A stretch of 64,000 nucleotides of DNA from an uncultured Rhodospirillaceae bacterium (GCA_963972065.1 CAXAVJ010000006.1:133-64132); one strand, 5' to 3'; shown: positions 36,467-45,597, counted from the stretch's first letter. The notes: generated by a model not told the origin, from the letters alone. Numbers and translations are program-made.

Positions 36467-38848
36467 ATGGCGGACATCTACGAAATAAAGCCGGGCGCCC
36501 GGCAGGCGGGTGGGCGCCTTCAGACCGAAGGTGACGCCACAGAAGAGGCCAACGAGACCCTTCTGGAAACCCTCAGTCACGACCTGCGCACGCCCTTGAA
36601 CACCATCATCGGATTCGCCGACATGATGGACCAGGAAATTCTTGGCCCGCTGTCGAACCCCCATTACCGCGAATACGTGGAGGTGATCTCGACCGAAGGC
36701 CGGCGCATGCTGGACTTCATCAACGACCTTCTGAACCGCAAGCGCTTCGAGAACATGAAACGCACGGAACAGGGTTTCCGCCACGTCATCGAACTGGCGC
36801 CGGACCTGATCGCCGTATGCCGTGGCGGCGCCATCGACCTGATCAACCCGGCGGGCGCGGACATGCTGGGCGTGTGGCCGGCGGTCGAATTGAAGGGCCG
36901 CATCTTCACCGACTTCGTGCAGGCCGACAGCTTGGCCCATTTCCAGGGCGGGATCGAGAACCTGACCAAGGAACGCCTCCGCACGCCCATGGTCCTGTTG
37001 CGGGCCGACGGCACGACCCTGGACGTCGAGCTGGCCGCCCTGCCCTATGAGGAGCACGAGGACGACGGCGACGGCACCGCCTACATCATCATGGCCCGCG
37101 ACGTGACCGAGCGGAACCGCGCCCTCAAGGCCCAGGCGACGCGCGAAGAACACCTGCGCAAGATCATGGATACGGTCGCCGACGGCATCATCACCATCGA
37201 CGAGACCGGTACCATCGAAACCCTGAACCCGACAGCCGAGGAAATCTTCGGCTACAAACCGGGCGAACTGGTCGGCTCCAACGTCAAGGTCCTGATGAAC
37301 GAGGACGACGCCGGTAATCACGACCATTATCTGGCGCGCTACATCAACACCGGCGTGCGCCACATCATCGGCAGTGCCCGCGAAGTCATCGGCCGGCGCA
37401 AGAACGGCTCGCTTATCCCCATCGAACTGGCGGTCAGCGAAATGCGGTTCTCCGGGCGGCGCCTGTTCATCGGCGCACTGCGCGACATTACCGAGCGCAA
37501 GGAGAACGAGGAGCGCCTGCGCGACCTGGCGACCCGCGACCCCCTGACCCGGCTGCCCAACCGCAACCTGTTCACGGAACGCCTGGAAGAATCCATCGAA
37601 CAGGCCGACACGTGCGGCGTCGGTTTTGCCGTTCTGTTCCTCGACCTCGACAATTTCAAGACCATCAACGACGCCCTCGGCCATCTGATCGGCGACCGTA
37701 TTATCCAGCTGGCGGGCCAACGCGTCTGCGGCTGCGTGCGCGGCCAGGACACGGTCGCCCACCTGTCCGGCGATGAATTCATGGTCATCCTGGAAGGCAT
37801 GGACGACGAGGCCCGCGCCGCCAAGATCGCCCGCGACGTTCTGAAAAGCCTGTCACAGCCGTTCAAGGTCGATGGCCGCGAGGTCTTCACCTCGTGCAGC
37901 ATCGGCGTGGTGATGTACCCGAAAAACGCCAATTCCCTGGTCGAGCTGATGCGCAACGTGGACACCGCCGCCCACTTCGCCAAGAAGCAGGGCCGGGCCA
38001 ATTTCCAGTTCTACACGGAACAACTGTCCGAGGACGCCAGACGGCGGATCGAAGTCGAGAGCGGCCTACGCCGGGCTTTGGAGAACGATGAGTTCGAACT
38101 GGTCTTCCAGCCCAAGGTGGACCTGGAAACGCGCCGTATCATCGGGGCGGAAGCCCTGCTGCGCTGGGACAACGCCAACCTGGGCAAGGTGTCGCCGGTG
38201 GAGTTCATCCCCGTCGCCGAGGAAACGGGCCTGATCGTTTCCATCGGCAGCTGGGTATTGCGCCAAGCCTGCGAGACAGCGGCGGTCTGGATCAAGGAAG
38301 GACTGACCGCCTGCCACATCGCGGTCAACCTGTCGGCCATGCAGTTCCTGCACGGCGATCTGGCAGGCGAAATCAAGGATGTGCTCGACACCTGCGGACT
38401 CGACCCGCACTTGCTTGACGTGGAACTGACGGAAAGCATGCTGGTCTCCAACGCCGAGGAAACCATCCGCATTCTCAAGGTCATCAAAGACATGGGCGTC
38501 AACGTGTCGATGGACGATTTCGGCACCGGATATTCATCGCTCAGCTATCTGACCCGCTTCCCGCTCGACAACCTGAAGGTCGACCGCTCGTTCGTCACGG
38601 GGCTGCCCGACGACCGTGACGCCTCGGCCGTGGCGCGGGCCATCATCTCGATGGCGCAAAACCTGAATCTGAATATCATCGCCGAAGGCATTGAAACGGA
38701 AAACCAGGTCGGCTTCCTGCATGCCCTGGGCTGTCAGGTCGGCCAGGGCTATCTATTCAGCCCGCCGGTCAGCAACGAGAAGTTCATGGAACTGGCGCAG
38801 GCAGGCTCAGGCGCCTTTCTCAAGACGCCGCCCGCCGCCGGCGAATAA
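36467..38848 (+). CDS. HisKA(DHp)-PAS-PAS-GGDEF-EAL protein
   Basis: SHDLRTPLNTIIGF H-box; two PAS domains (LNPTAEEIFGY); DLDNFKTINDALGH, RGQD-x5-SGDEF; AEALLRW, DDFGTGYSSL, AEGIE. Start could be 36437. Confidence 0.9.
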   Translation: MADIYEIKPGARQAGGRLQTEGDATEEANETLLETLSHDLRTPLNTIIGFADMMDQEILGPLSNPHYREYVEVISTEGRRMLDFINDLLNRKRFENMKRTEQGFRHVIELAPDLIAVCRGGAIDLINPAGADMLGVWPAVELKGRIFTDFVQADSLAHFQGGIENLTKERLRTPMVLLRADGTTLDVELAALPYEEHEDDGDGTAYIIMARDVTERNRALKAQATREEHLRKIMDTVADGIITIDETGTIETLNPTAEEIFGYKPGELVGSNVKVLMNEDDAGNHDHYLARYINTGVRHIIGSAREVIGRRKNGSLIPIELAVSEMRFSGRRLFIGALRDITERKENEERLRDLATRDPLTRLPNRNLFTERLEESIEQADTCGVGFAVLFLDLDNFKTINDALGHLIGDRIIQLAGQRVCGCVRGQDTVAHLSGDEFMVILEGMDDEARAAKIARDVLKSLSQPFKVDGREVFTSCSIGVVMYPKNANSLVELMRNVDTAAHFAKKQGRANFQFYTEQLSEDARRRIEVESGLRRALENDEFELVFQPKVDLETRRIIGAEALLRWDNANLGKVSPVEFIPVAEETGLIVSIGSWVLRQACETAAVWIKEGLTACHIAVNLSAMQFLHGDLAGEIKDVLDTCGLDPHLLDVELTESMLVSNAEETIRILKVIKDMGVNVSMDDFGTGYSSLSYLTRFPLDNLKVDRSFVTGLPDDRDASAVARAIISMAQNLNLNIIAEGIETENQVGFLHALGCQVGQGYLFSPPVSNEKFMELAQAGSGAFLKTPPAAGE

Positions 38849-38897
38849 CCACCGGCCGCCGTCATCGTCAATTCAAGTAACTCCGCCCGCATGGCCT

Positions 38898-39389
38898 TCA
38901 GGTCGCGATGATGGCGTCGATCTCTTCCTGATCCATGGTCTTGGTCGCGCCATGGATGATACCTGATGCGGTGTCCAGAAGACGCTGGATCATGCGTGAC
39001 ATAACGGTCGCCTGTTCGCGCAGCATGCTTTGGTCGCCTGCCTCGATATAACGCTCCAGAAGCTGGACGCTGGTCACGATCACGTTGTCCAATTGCCGTA
39101 CCGTATGTTCGAAAGGCTCGCGGTAGACCGGCAACACATGCGCGGAGGCTTCCATGGCCAGTTCACGGTCGGCGATTGTCGAGTCGCGGAAATGTTCGAC
39201 GTAATCCTTGGGCTGCCAGGCCTTCACCTCTTCCATGATGTCCGGCATGTCGGGCACCATTTCCAACAGCATGACGATTTCGTTGAAATGGTTGAGGTAA
39301 TCAGTGGCCAGCAGGGTGTCGGAATCAAGATTAGACCCGGCGGCGCGGGCTTTGAGATCGAGATATTCCGGCGATTGTTCGGTCACCAT
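38898..39389 (-). CDS. Conserved helical hypothetical protein (ATDYLNHFNE family)
   Basis: LLATDYLNHFNEIVMLLEMVPDMP...W.PKDYVEHF..S motif that I recognise from alphaproteobacterial hypotheticals. Confidence 0.8.
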   Translation of the reverse strand: MVTEQSPEYLDLKARAAGSNLDSDTLLATDYLNHFNEIVMLLEMVPDMPDIMEEVKAWQPKDYVEHFRDSTIADRELAMEASAHVLPVYREPFEHTVRQLDNVIVTSVQLLERYIEAGDQSMLREQATVMSRMIQRLLDTASGIIHGATKTMDQEEIDAIIAT

Positions 39390-39694
39390 GTTGCTGCCTA
39401 CAGCCGCCGCGAAGGTTGACGCCACGATGTTTTCCTTCGGGCCGCCTCTCCCGCGTCCCAGCAGACCTCTGTCCGCCAACGCCGGAACGCCGCGAAACCG
39501 GCCCGGTCGATCAATTTTGCACATTCAGCATAATCACCCGGGCGGAAATTTCCAATCGACCATTGCGAAATCACACTCTCGGACACAACCGGACCTGGGG
39601 CCGCCCCCCTTGAGAAATGCCGCCGCATTCGGCATTCTCCCGCGACCCTGCGGCGGATAATACGCCCGGGAACCGCAAACCGAGGCCAGCCCCC

Positions 39695-39763
39695 ATGACG
39701 GACACCCGCGTCTATTCGTTCGACATCCTTCTCCGCGACGGCGTCGCGCCCGTAAAAGGCTGA
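39695..39763 (+). pseudogene. 22-codon relic resembling the CimA/LeuA N-terminus
   Basis: MTDTRVYSFDILLRDGVAPVKG* versus the DRE-TIM N-terminal consensus R(V/I)Y(L)(F/Y)DTTLRDG; GAGG RBS; ends 8 nt before the trmJ start. Confidence 0.5.
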
Positions 39764-39771
39764 CCCGGATC

Positions 39772-40572
39772 ATGGCGGGCACGGATTCCTCGCGGCGCGG
39801 CGACGCCGATACGATCGACGCCTCGGGTGCGCCCGCGGTCGTCCTGGTGGAACCGCAACTGGGCCAGAACATCGGCATGGCGGCACGGGCCATGCTGAAC
39901 TGCGGGCTGACGGACTTGCGCCTGGTCAACCCCCGCGACGGCTGGCCGAGCGAGCCCGCGCGGGCCGCCGCCTCGGGCGCCGATCTGGTGATCGACCGGG
40001 CCCGCGTCTACGCAACCGCCGCCGACGCGGTCGCCGACCTCAACCTGGTCGTCGCCACCACGGCGCGGTCCCGCGACATGACCAAGCGCGTCCTGACCCC
40101 ACGCCGCGCGGCTGAGGAAATCCGCCACATATATGCCGAAAGCGGGGCCCGCACGGGCATCCTGTTCGGCCGCGAGGCGAAGGGCCTCGACAATGACGAG
40201 GTGGCGCTCGCCGACGCCATCCTCAACGTGCCGCTGAACCCGGCGTTCTCGTCCCTCAACCTGGCCCAAGCGGTGTTGCTGGTCGGCTATGAATGGCGCC
40301 TACTGGGCCTGGACGTGGCCGACGAAGAACTCGCCATGCCCAAGACCACGCGCCCCGCCGACCATCAAGACCTGGTCCATCTGTTTGAACATCTGGAAAG
40401 CGAGTTGGAAACCTGCGGTTTCCTGCAGCCGCCGGAACGGGCCCCCACCATGGTCCGCAACCTGCGCAACCTGTTCGGCCGCGCGCGCCTGACGGACCAG
40501 GAGGTCCGCATTTTACGCGGCGTGATCGTCGCCCTGCGGCGGGGCCCCAGAGACCCCGCCAGCCAGGATTAA
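39772..40572 (+). CDS. trmJ: SPOUT tRNA/rRNA methyltransferase, TrmJ/LasT family
   Basis: LVEPQLGQNIGMAARAMLNCG, ATTAR, FGREAKGL, SSLNLAQAV. Confidence 0.88.
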   Translation: MAGTDSSRRGDADTIDASGAPAVVLVEPQLGQNIGMAARAMLNCGLTDLRLVNPRDGWPSEPARAAASGADLVIDRARVYATAADAVADLNLVVATTARSRDMTKRVLTPRRAAEEIRHIYAESGARTGILFGREAKGLDNDEVALADAILNVPLNPAFSSLNLAQAVLLVGYEWRLLGLDVADEELAMPKTTRPADHQDLVHLFEHLESELETCGFLQPPERAPTMVRNLRNLFGRARLTDQEVRILRGVIVALRRGPRDPASQD

Positions 40573-41615
40573 TCCATCACGAACACGCCCTTGCCGGTCG
40601 TCTGGGTGTCGAACAGCTTGTACGCCGCGTCCGCCTGATCCAGCGTGAAGCGGTGGGAGAACAAGGCATCGACGTCGATCTTGCGTTCGGCGACGAAGGC
40701 CGCGCAATCGGCCTGCCCGTTCTTGGAAAAGGTCCAGGACCCGACGACGGAGACCTGACGGCGCAGGATGTCCTGGCTGACATCAAGCGTCACCTGCCCG
40801 CCTTCGCCGACAAAGCAGGCCGTGCCCCAGGCCCGCAGGCAGCGCACAGCCGAGGCCCGGGCCTCGGCGTTGGATGAACAGTCGAGGGACTTGTGGGCAC
40901 CCTCGCCCCCCGTCAGATCGCGGATCGCCGCGACCACGTCGTTGCCCATGGGGTCGATGACCTCGTCCGCGCCGAAATCTTCCGCCATCTTGCGCCGCTC
41001 GGCCGAGATGTCGAGGGCGATGACGCGCGCCCCCATGGCCTTGGCCAACTGCGTGGCGCTGAGCCCCACGGGCCCCTGGCCGAAGATCACCACGGTCTCG
41101 TCCCCGGCAAGGTCCAGGCGCTTCAGCGCACCGTAGGCCGTGCCCGTCCCGCAGGAAATTGCCGCCCCGGTGGTGAAGCTGAGGTCGTCCGGCAGGCGGA
41201 CCAGGGTATGGGCCGGCACCTTCATGTATTCCGCATGGGCGCCGTGGCCCGTGGTGCCGTAGACGGTGATGCCGTCGATGCACATCTGCGACCAGCCCGT
41301 GCGGCAGTGCTTGCACACGCCGCAGCCGGAATAGTGATGGTCCATCATGCGGTCGCCGATGCGCGCCTGGGCTTCGGACACGCCCTCGCCGACCTCGACC
41401 ACCACGCCGCAGGGCTCATGCCCGGCGATGATCGGGCCCTTGCGCTCGCCCAGGCCGAGCGTCGGGGTGCCCGGCGGGTTGCGGTAGTATTTCAGGTCAC
41501 TGCCGCACATGCCGGACGCCTTGATCTGTAACACGACCTCACCCGGCCCCGGATGGGGATCGGGGAAATCCATGATTTCGATCTTACGGTCGCCGGGGAA
41601 CACCACTGCTTTCAT
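40569..41615 (-). CDS. Zinc-binding (MDR family) dehydrogenase
   Basis: CGSD, GHEPCG, CGVCKHC...C structural Zn, GQGPVG Rossmann motif. Confidence 0.92.
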   Translation of the reverse strand: MKAVVFPGDRKIEIMDFPDPHPGPGEVVLQIKASGMCGSDLKYYRNPPGTPTLGLGERKGPIIAGHEPCGVVVEVGEGVSEAQARIGDRMMDHHYSGCGVCKHCRTGWSQMCIDGITVYGTTGHGAHAEYMKVPAHTLVRLPDDLSFTTGAAISCGTGTAYGALKRLDLAGDETVVIFGQGPVGLSATQLAKAMGARVIALDISAERRKMAEDFGADEVIDPMGNDVVAAIRDLTGGEGAHKSLDCSSNAEARASAVRCLRAWGTACFVGEGGQVTLDVSQDILRRQVSVVGSWTFSKNGQADCAAFVAERKIDVDALFSHRFTLDQADAAYKLFDTQTTGKGVFVMD

Positions 41616-41669
41616 CGTCTCGGTCCTTTTGGTTTCTTCTCAGTCTTGGATATTTTTTAGGGAACGGAA

Positions 41670-42245
41670 TCAGATGCGCTCGGACAGCCAGATGGCGAGC
41701 TTCGATCCCCGCTTGATGACGCCCTTCAGGGCCTCATAGCCGGGGGCTTCCTCGGCCCCCAGGTCCAGCGCCGTGTCGTGGTGCTCCAATTCTTCCTGGC
41801 GGAATTTTTCGAAGGTGTCGCGCAGGCCGTCCTCGCCCTCGCCGTCCAGGCGGTCGATCTGGGCCGCGTAATGTTCGTCGATGGCTTCCTCGACCGCGAC
41901 GGTGCAGGCATGGGCCGCCTTCTCGCCCAACAGCGCCGTGCCGGCCCCCAGCGCGAAACCGGCCAGATGCCACAGCGGCAGCAACGCCGTCGGGCGCACC
42001 CGCCGTTCGGCCACCAGGTCGTTGAAGGTGGCCAGGTGAACCTCTTCCTGTTCCGCCATGTGCTTGATGGCGCCGCCGCCGGCATCCTTGCCCAGCACGG
42101 CCATCTGGCCCTCGTAGATGCGCACGGCGCCGTATTCGCCCGCGTGGTCGACCCGCAGCATGCGTTCGACCATCTCGGCCTTGGACGGATCGCCCGGCAT
42201 GCGCCGGGGCTTGGCAGGTGGCTTCGCAGAGGTCTTGGTCGCCAT
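41670..42245 (-). CDS. coq7: Demethoxyubiquinone hydroxylase
   Basis: RVDHAGEYGA, QEEVH, VEEAIDEHY, EELEHH di-iron ligands. Confidence 0.92.
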   Translation of the reverse strand: MATKTSAKPPAKPRRMPGDPSKAEMVERMLRVDHAGEYGAVRIYEGQMAVLGKDAGGGAIKHMAEQEEVHLATFNDLVAERRVRPTALLPLWHLAGFALGAGTALLGEKAAHACTVAVEEAIDEHYAAQIDRLDGEGEDGLRDTFEKFRQEELEHHDTALDLGAEEAPGYEALKGVIKRGSKLAIWLSERI

Positions 42246-42275
42246 GGGTCCTCGTCGCGTCCTTGAAACGCCCTG

Positions 42276-42776
42276 TCAGGCGGCCTTCATGCGGCGGACG
42301 GCGATGAAACACAGCCCGGCCATGACGGCGGAGAAGGCCGCATTATAGGTCGCCATGGAAAGACCAAGGAAGACCCAGTCCACGGAATCGCAGGATTTTT
42401 CCGGCGGGGCCGACAATCCGGCCATCAGATCCGTCGTTGATTCCAAGGTGGTCACGGTGCCGCCGCAAACGGCGGAGGCCCACCAATGCTGCTCCACCCC
42501 CACGTGATAGACCGCGATCGCGGCCCCGATGGCGAAGCCGAGGGCCGCCAGCCCGACCACGGCGCGCCCTGCCTTCGGATTGGGGCGCGTCATACAAGCC
42601 CCGGCGAACAGGCCGATCACGGCATAGGGAATGCGCTGATAGAGGCACAGATTGCAGGGCTCCAGCCCCAGCAGGAACTGGGCATGCAGGGCAAGACCCA
42701 GGGCGCCGGCCGATATGGCGAACAGGGCCGCCGGATACCAGCGTTGCAATTTGGGATCGCCGAGCATGTCCACCAT
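42276..42776 (-). CDS. dsbB: Disulfide bond formation protein B
   Basis: EPCNLCLYQRIPY, YHVGVEQHWW, second Cys pair, LSMATYN. Confidence 0.88.
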   Translation of the reverse strand: MVDMLGDPKLQRWYPAALFAISAGALGLALHAQFLLGLEPCNLCLYQRIPYAVIGLFAGACMTRPNPKAGRAVVGLAALGFAIGAAIAVYHVGVEQHWWASAVCGGTVTTLESTTDLMAGLSAPPEKSCDSVDWVFLGLSMATYNAAFSAVMAGLCFIAVRRMKAA

Positions 42777-42785
42777 CGCGGTCTC

Positions 42786-43367
42786 CTACAGCACGAACCT
42801 GATAACCACGAATCCACCGATCAGGAGAAGGCAAAAGATCGTGAACAGAAGCCCCAGATACTTCTCGATGAAGGCGCGGATGGGTTCCCCGAAATACCAC
42901 AGCAGCCCCGTGACCAGATAGAACCGGAGCCCCCTGGCCAGCACGGAGGCGACGCAGAACACCCAGATATCCAGCGACGCCAGGCCGGACAGAATGGTGA
43001 TGACCTTATAGGGAAAGGGCGTGACACCGGCGATGAAAACGGCCCAGGCCCCCCAATCGGCATAGGTCGCGCGGAACTGATCGAACTTGGCGGTGTAGCC
43101 GTAGAATTCCAGCATGGGCCGGCCGACCTGATCGAACAGGAAGGCGCCGATGGCATAGCCCAGTATGCCGCCCAAGACCGAGGCAACGGTGCAGATCAGG
43201 GCGATGCGCCAAGCCCGGGCACGGTCGGCCAGAACCATGGGGATCAGCATCACATCGGGCGGAATGGGAAAGACCGAGCTTTCGATGAAGCTGACGAACG
43301 CCAGCCAACGGTCCGCGTGGCGATGGCCCGCAAGGGCCAACATTCGATCGTAAAGGCGGCGCAGCAT
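42786..43367 (-). CDS. YqaA/DedA family membrane protein
   Basis: SFIESSVFPIPPDVMLIPM, GVTPFPYKV. Confidence 0.9.
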   Translation of the reverse strand: MLRRLYDRMLALAGHRHADRWLAFVSFIESSVFPIPPDVMLIPMVLADRARAWRIALICTVASVLGGILGYAIGAFLFDQVGRPMLEFYGYTAKFDQFRATYADWGAWAVFIAGVTPFPYKVITILSGLASLDIWVFCVASVLARGLRFYLVTGLLWYFGEPIRAFIEKYLGLLFTIFCLLLIGGFVVIRFVL

Positions 43368-43522
43368 GGGTAACAAGCCCCGTTCCCGTCGGCGAAAGCG
43401 TCGGGCGCTTCTATCAGGCGGCCGACGTCGAGACAATTAAAGCCTACACGCTTTCGAGCCTTGTTTTTGGCATCGGGCGTCGTATCCTTCGATCAGAAAC
43501 ATCTAACAAAAGGCAGACAGCG

Positions 43523-44491
43523 ATGAACCATCCTACCCAGCCGCTGAAAGGCGATTTCGGCATTTTGATCGATCAGGTCACACCGGGCGACCTTGCCGAC
43601 CCGGATTTCCAGGCCTGGGCGCGCGGCCTTTGGTTGGACCACGGCGGATTGCTCGGCGTCCGCGGCGAAAAACTCGCTGACCTGCTGCCCGAACAGCTTG
43701 TGCGCTGGTCCGAGGTGTTCGGCGTCATCGAGGACAAAATCCAGACGGCGCGCGAGGACAAGTCGGTCAAAGGCTTTCCCATCCTGCGCATCGGCAACGT
43801 GAAAAACGAGGACGGCAAGATCGTCGCGCAATTGCTGCAGGTGCCGCAGCTGACCAGCGACGCGGACATCCGCTACAACCCGGAAACCCGCAGGCCGGTA
43901 TGGCACACGGATTCCACCTTCCGCGCGCGGCCGCCGGTCGGCTCGGTCTTTCATTGCCGCAAGGCCCCGCCCGAGGGTGCGGAGACCCTGTTCGCCGACA
44001 TGCAGGGCGCCTATGCCGCCCTGCCCCCGGCGGAACGGCAGAAACTCGACGGCCTGGAAGCGGTCTGCTCCCTCGCCCATCACGACAAGAAGATCAACAG
44101 CTACTCACCCCACTATCCGGTGCTGACGCCCGAGCAGCGCAAGGAAAACCCGCCCAACCGCGTGCCCATCGTCCTCAACCATCCGGTCACGGGCCGGCCG
44201 TCGCTGTACGGCCTCAACAGCTCGACCTGCGCCATCGTGCCCAAGGGGCAGGAAGTCGACCCGGCAGACCTGGACAAATGGGACCTGGAAGGCGTGGAAG
44301 ACGACAGCGTGATGATCTGGCGCAACATGCTGCCGACCGTCACCGGCCCCGACTTCACCGTGAAATGGCAGTGGCAGCCGGGCGATGTCGTGGTCTGGGA
44401 CAACCGCTCGACGATCCACGCGGGGACCGGCTTCGATTACAGCAAGTACGAGCGGGAGATGTGGCGGCTGACGTTGGTGGCCGAGGCCTGA
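43523..44491 (+). CDS. TauD/TfdA family Fe(II)/2-oxoglutarate dioxygenase
   Basis: WHTD, GAETLFADM, HPVTGRPSLY, WQPGDVVVWDNRSTIH. Confidence 0.88.
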   Translation: MNHPTQPLKGDFGILIDQVTPGDLADPDFQAWARGLWLDHGGLLGVRGEKLADLLPEQLVRWSEVFGVIEDKIQTAREDKSVKGFPILRIGNVKNEDGKIVAQLLQVPQLTSDADIRYNPETRRPVWHTDSTFRARPPVGSVFHCRKAPPEGAETLFADMQGAYAALPPAERQKLDGLEAVCSLAHHDKKINSYSPHYPVLTPEQRKENPPNRVPIVLNHPVTGRPSLYGLNSSTCAIVPKGQEVDPADLDKWDLEGVEDDSVMIWRNMLPTVTGPDFTVKWQWQPGDVVVWDNRSTIHAGTGFDYSKYEREMWRLTLVAEA

Positions 44492-44492
44492 A

Positions 44493-44581
44493 CCCGTCCT
44501 CCTCCGCCAAGGCTTCGGAGGACACGCCTTCGTCTAACGACCTCCGGGTGGCTCGCCACCCGAAGCTCGAAGAGCGAAGGG
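44493..44581 (-). repeat. Multi-hairpin element abutting the tRNA-Leu 3' end
   Basis: Minus strand CCTTCG...CGAAGG encloses CTCTTCGAG and GGGTGGC-GA-GCCACCC, followed by GTCCTCCGAAGCCTTGGCGGAGGAGGAC. Confidence 0.6.
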
Positions 44582-44668
44582 TGGTGCGGGCGGGGAGAAT
44601 CGAACTCCCACTTCCTTGCGGAAACCAGATTTTGAGTCTGGCGCGTCTACCAGTTCCGCCACGCCCGC
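44582..44668 (-). tRNA. tRNA-Leu(CAA), 87 nt, encoded CCA
   Basis: Acceptor GCGGGCG/CGCCCGC-ACCA, D loop GGAACTGGTAGAC, anticodon arm CCAGA-CTCAAAA-TCTGG, long variable arm, T loop GTTCGAT. Confidence 0.96.
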
Positions 44669-44785
44669 GCACCTTGGAAGGGCGCTGTTCTATCATCCCT
44701 TTTGCCGCAAGGTAAACCGCGATGACGCGGTCGCCTTGCAATGGATGCGGATTTCTCCCCGCCGCCAGGCGAAAGGCCGCGCCCC

Positions 44786-45502
44786 CTATTCCACCACCCG
44801 GTAGCCGACGCCCTTCATGGTGAGGATCACCGTGGGGTTTTTCGCATCCGGTTCGATCTTGCGGCGCAGCCGCGAGATATAGGTGTCGATGGTGCGGTCG
44901 AGGGGCGCGTCGTCGAAGCCGCTGATGGCGTCCAACAGGGCATCGCGGCTGACGACCCGCCCGGGATGCCGCGCCAGGGCCGCCAGGACCAGGAATTCGG
45001 AGCGCGTGAAGTCGACATCCTCGCCCTTGGGATTTTGCGCCGTATAGCCGGCAAGGTTCAGGGTCCAGCCGGAAAACCGCACCACATCCGGGCCCGGCGC
45101 GCCCAACGGGCTGCGCCCGGCGGCGCCGGCCGTCCCCGATTGCGCCCGCGCGATCATGTTCCGGATGCGCAGCAACAGTTCGCCCGGGTCGACGCCCTTG
45201 GTCAGATAGTCGTCGGCGCCGAGTTCCAGCGCCGCCAGGCGCTGTTCCGTGGTGGTGCGGGCACTCAGCACGATGATCGGCACGTTGGACCGGCCCCGCA
45301 CCTTGCGGATCAGGGTCAGGCCGTCCTCGTCGGGCAGACCCAGGTCGGTGAGGATCAGGTCCGGGGGGCGGGCCTCGATGGCGGTCAGGGCGTCTTCGAC
45401 GGTCGCCGCGATATCAACGCCATAGCCCTCGGACTTCAGATGGAATTCCAAGAGCCCGCTGATCAGCGCATCGTCTTCAACCAAGAGGATATGTGTGGTC
45501 AT
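44786..45502 (-). CDS. Orphan OmpR/PhoB family response regulator
   Basis: LLVEDD, LILTDLGLPDEDG, GADDYLTK, winged helix (DRTIDTYISRLRRKIE, GVGY). Confidence 0.92.
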   Translation of the reverse strand: MTTHILLVEDDALISGLLEFHLKSEGYGVDIAATVEDALTAIEARPPDLILTDLGLPDEDGLTLIRKVRGRSNVPIIVLSARTTTEQRLAALELGADDYLTKGVDPGELLLRIRNMIARAQSGTAGAAGRSPLGAPGPDVVRFSGWTLNLAGYTAQNPKGEDVDFTRSEFLVLAALARHPGRVVSRDALLDAISGFDDAPLDRTIDTYISRLRRKIEPDAKNPTVILTMKGVGYRVVE

Positions 45503-45548
45503 GGCGCGCAGATTATGAATTTTCGGCCGCCCCCGCCAGTTCAATCCC

Positions 45549-45597
45549 GTCAGGCCGTGTCAGGTGCGAGTCAGGTTGCCGCCATCACGGGTCAAGG
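45549..45597. promoter_or_regulatory. Helically phased GTCAGG direct repeats
   Basis: GTCAGG at 45549, 45559, 45570 and GTCAAGG at 45591 (spacings 10, 11, 21). Confidence 0.6.

Noticed and set aside
44582-44610. tRNA-Leu as attachment site of a genomic island
   Set aside because: I found no duplicated tRNA 3' end and no full integrase in the window; an exact-match search would be needed to exclude it fully.
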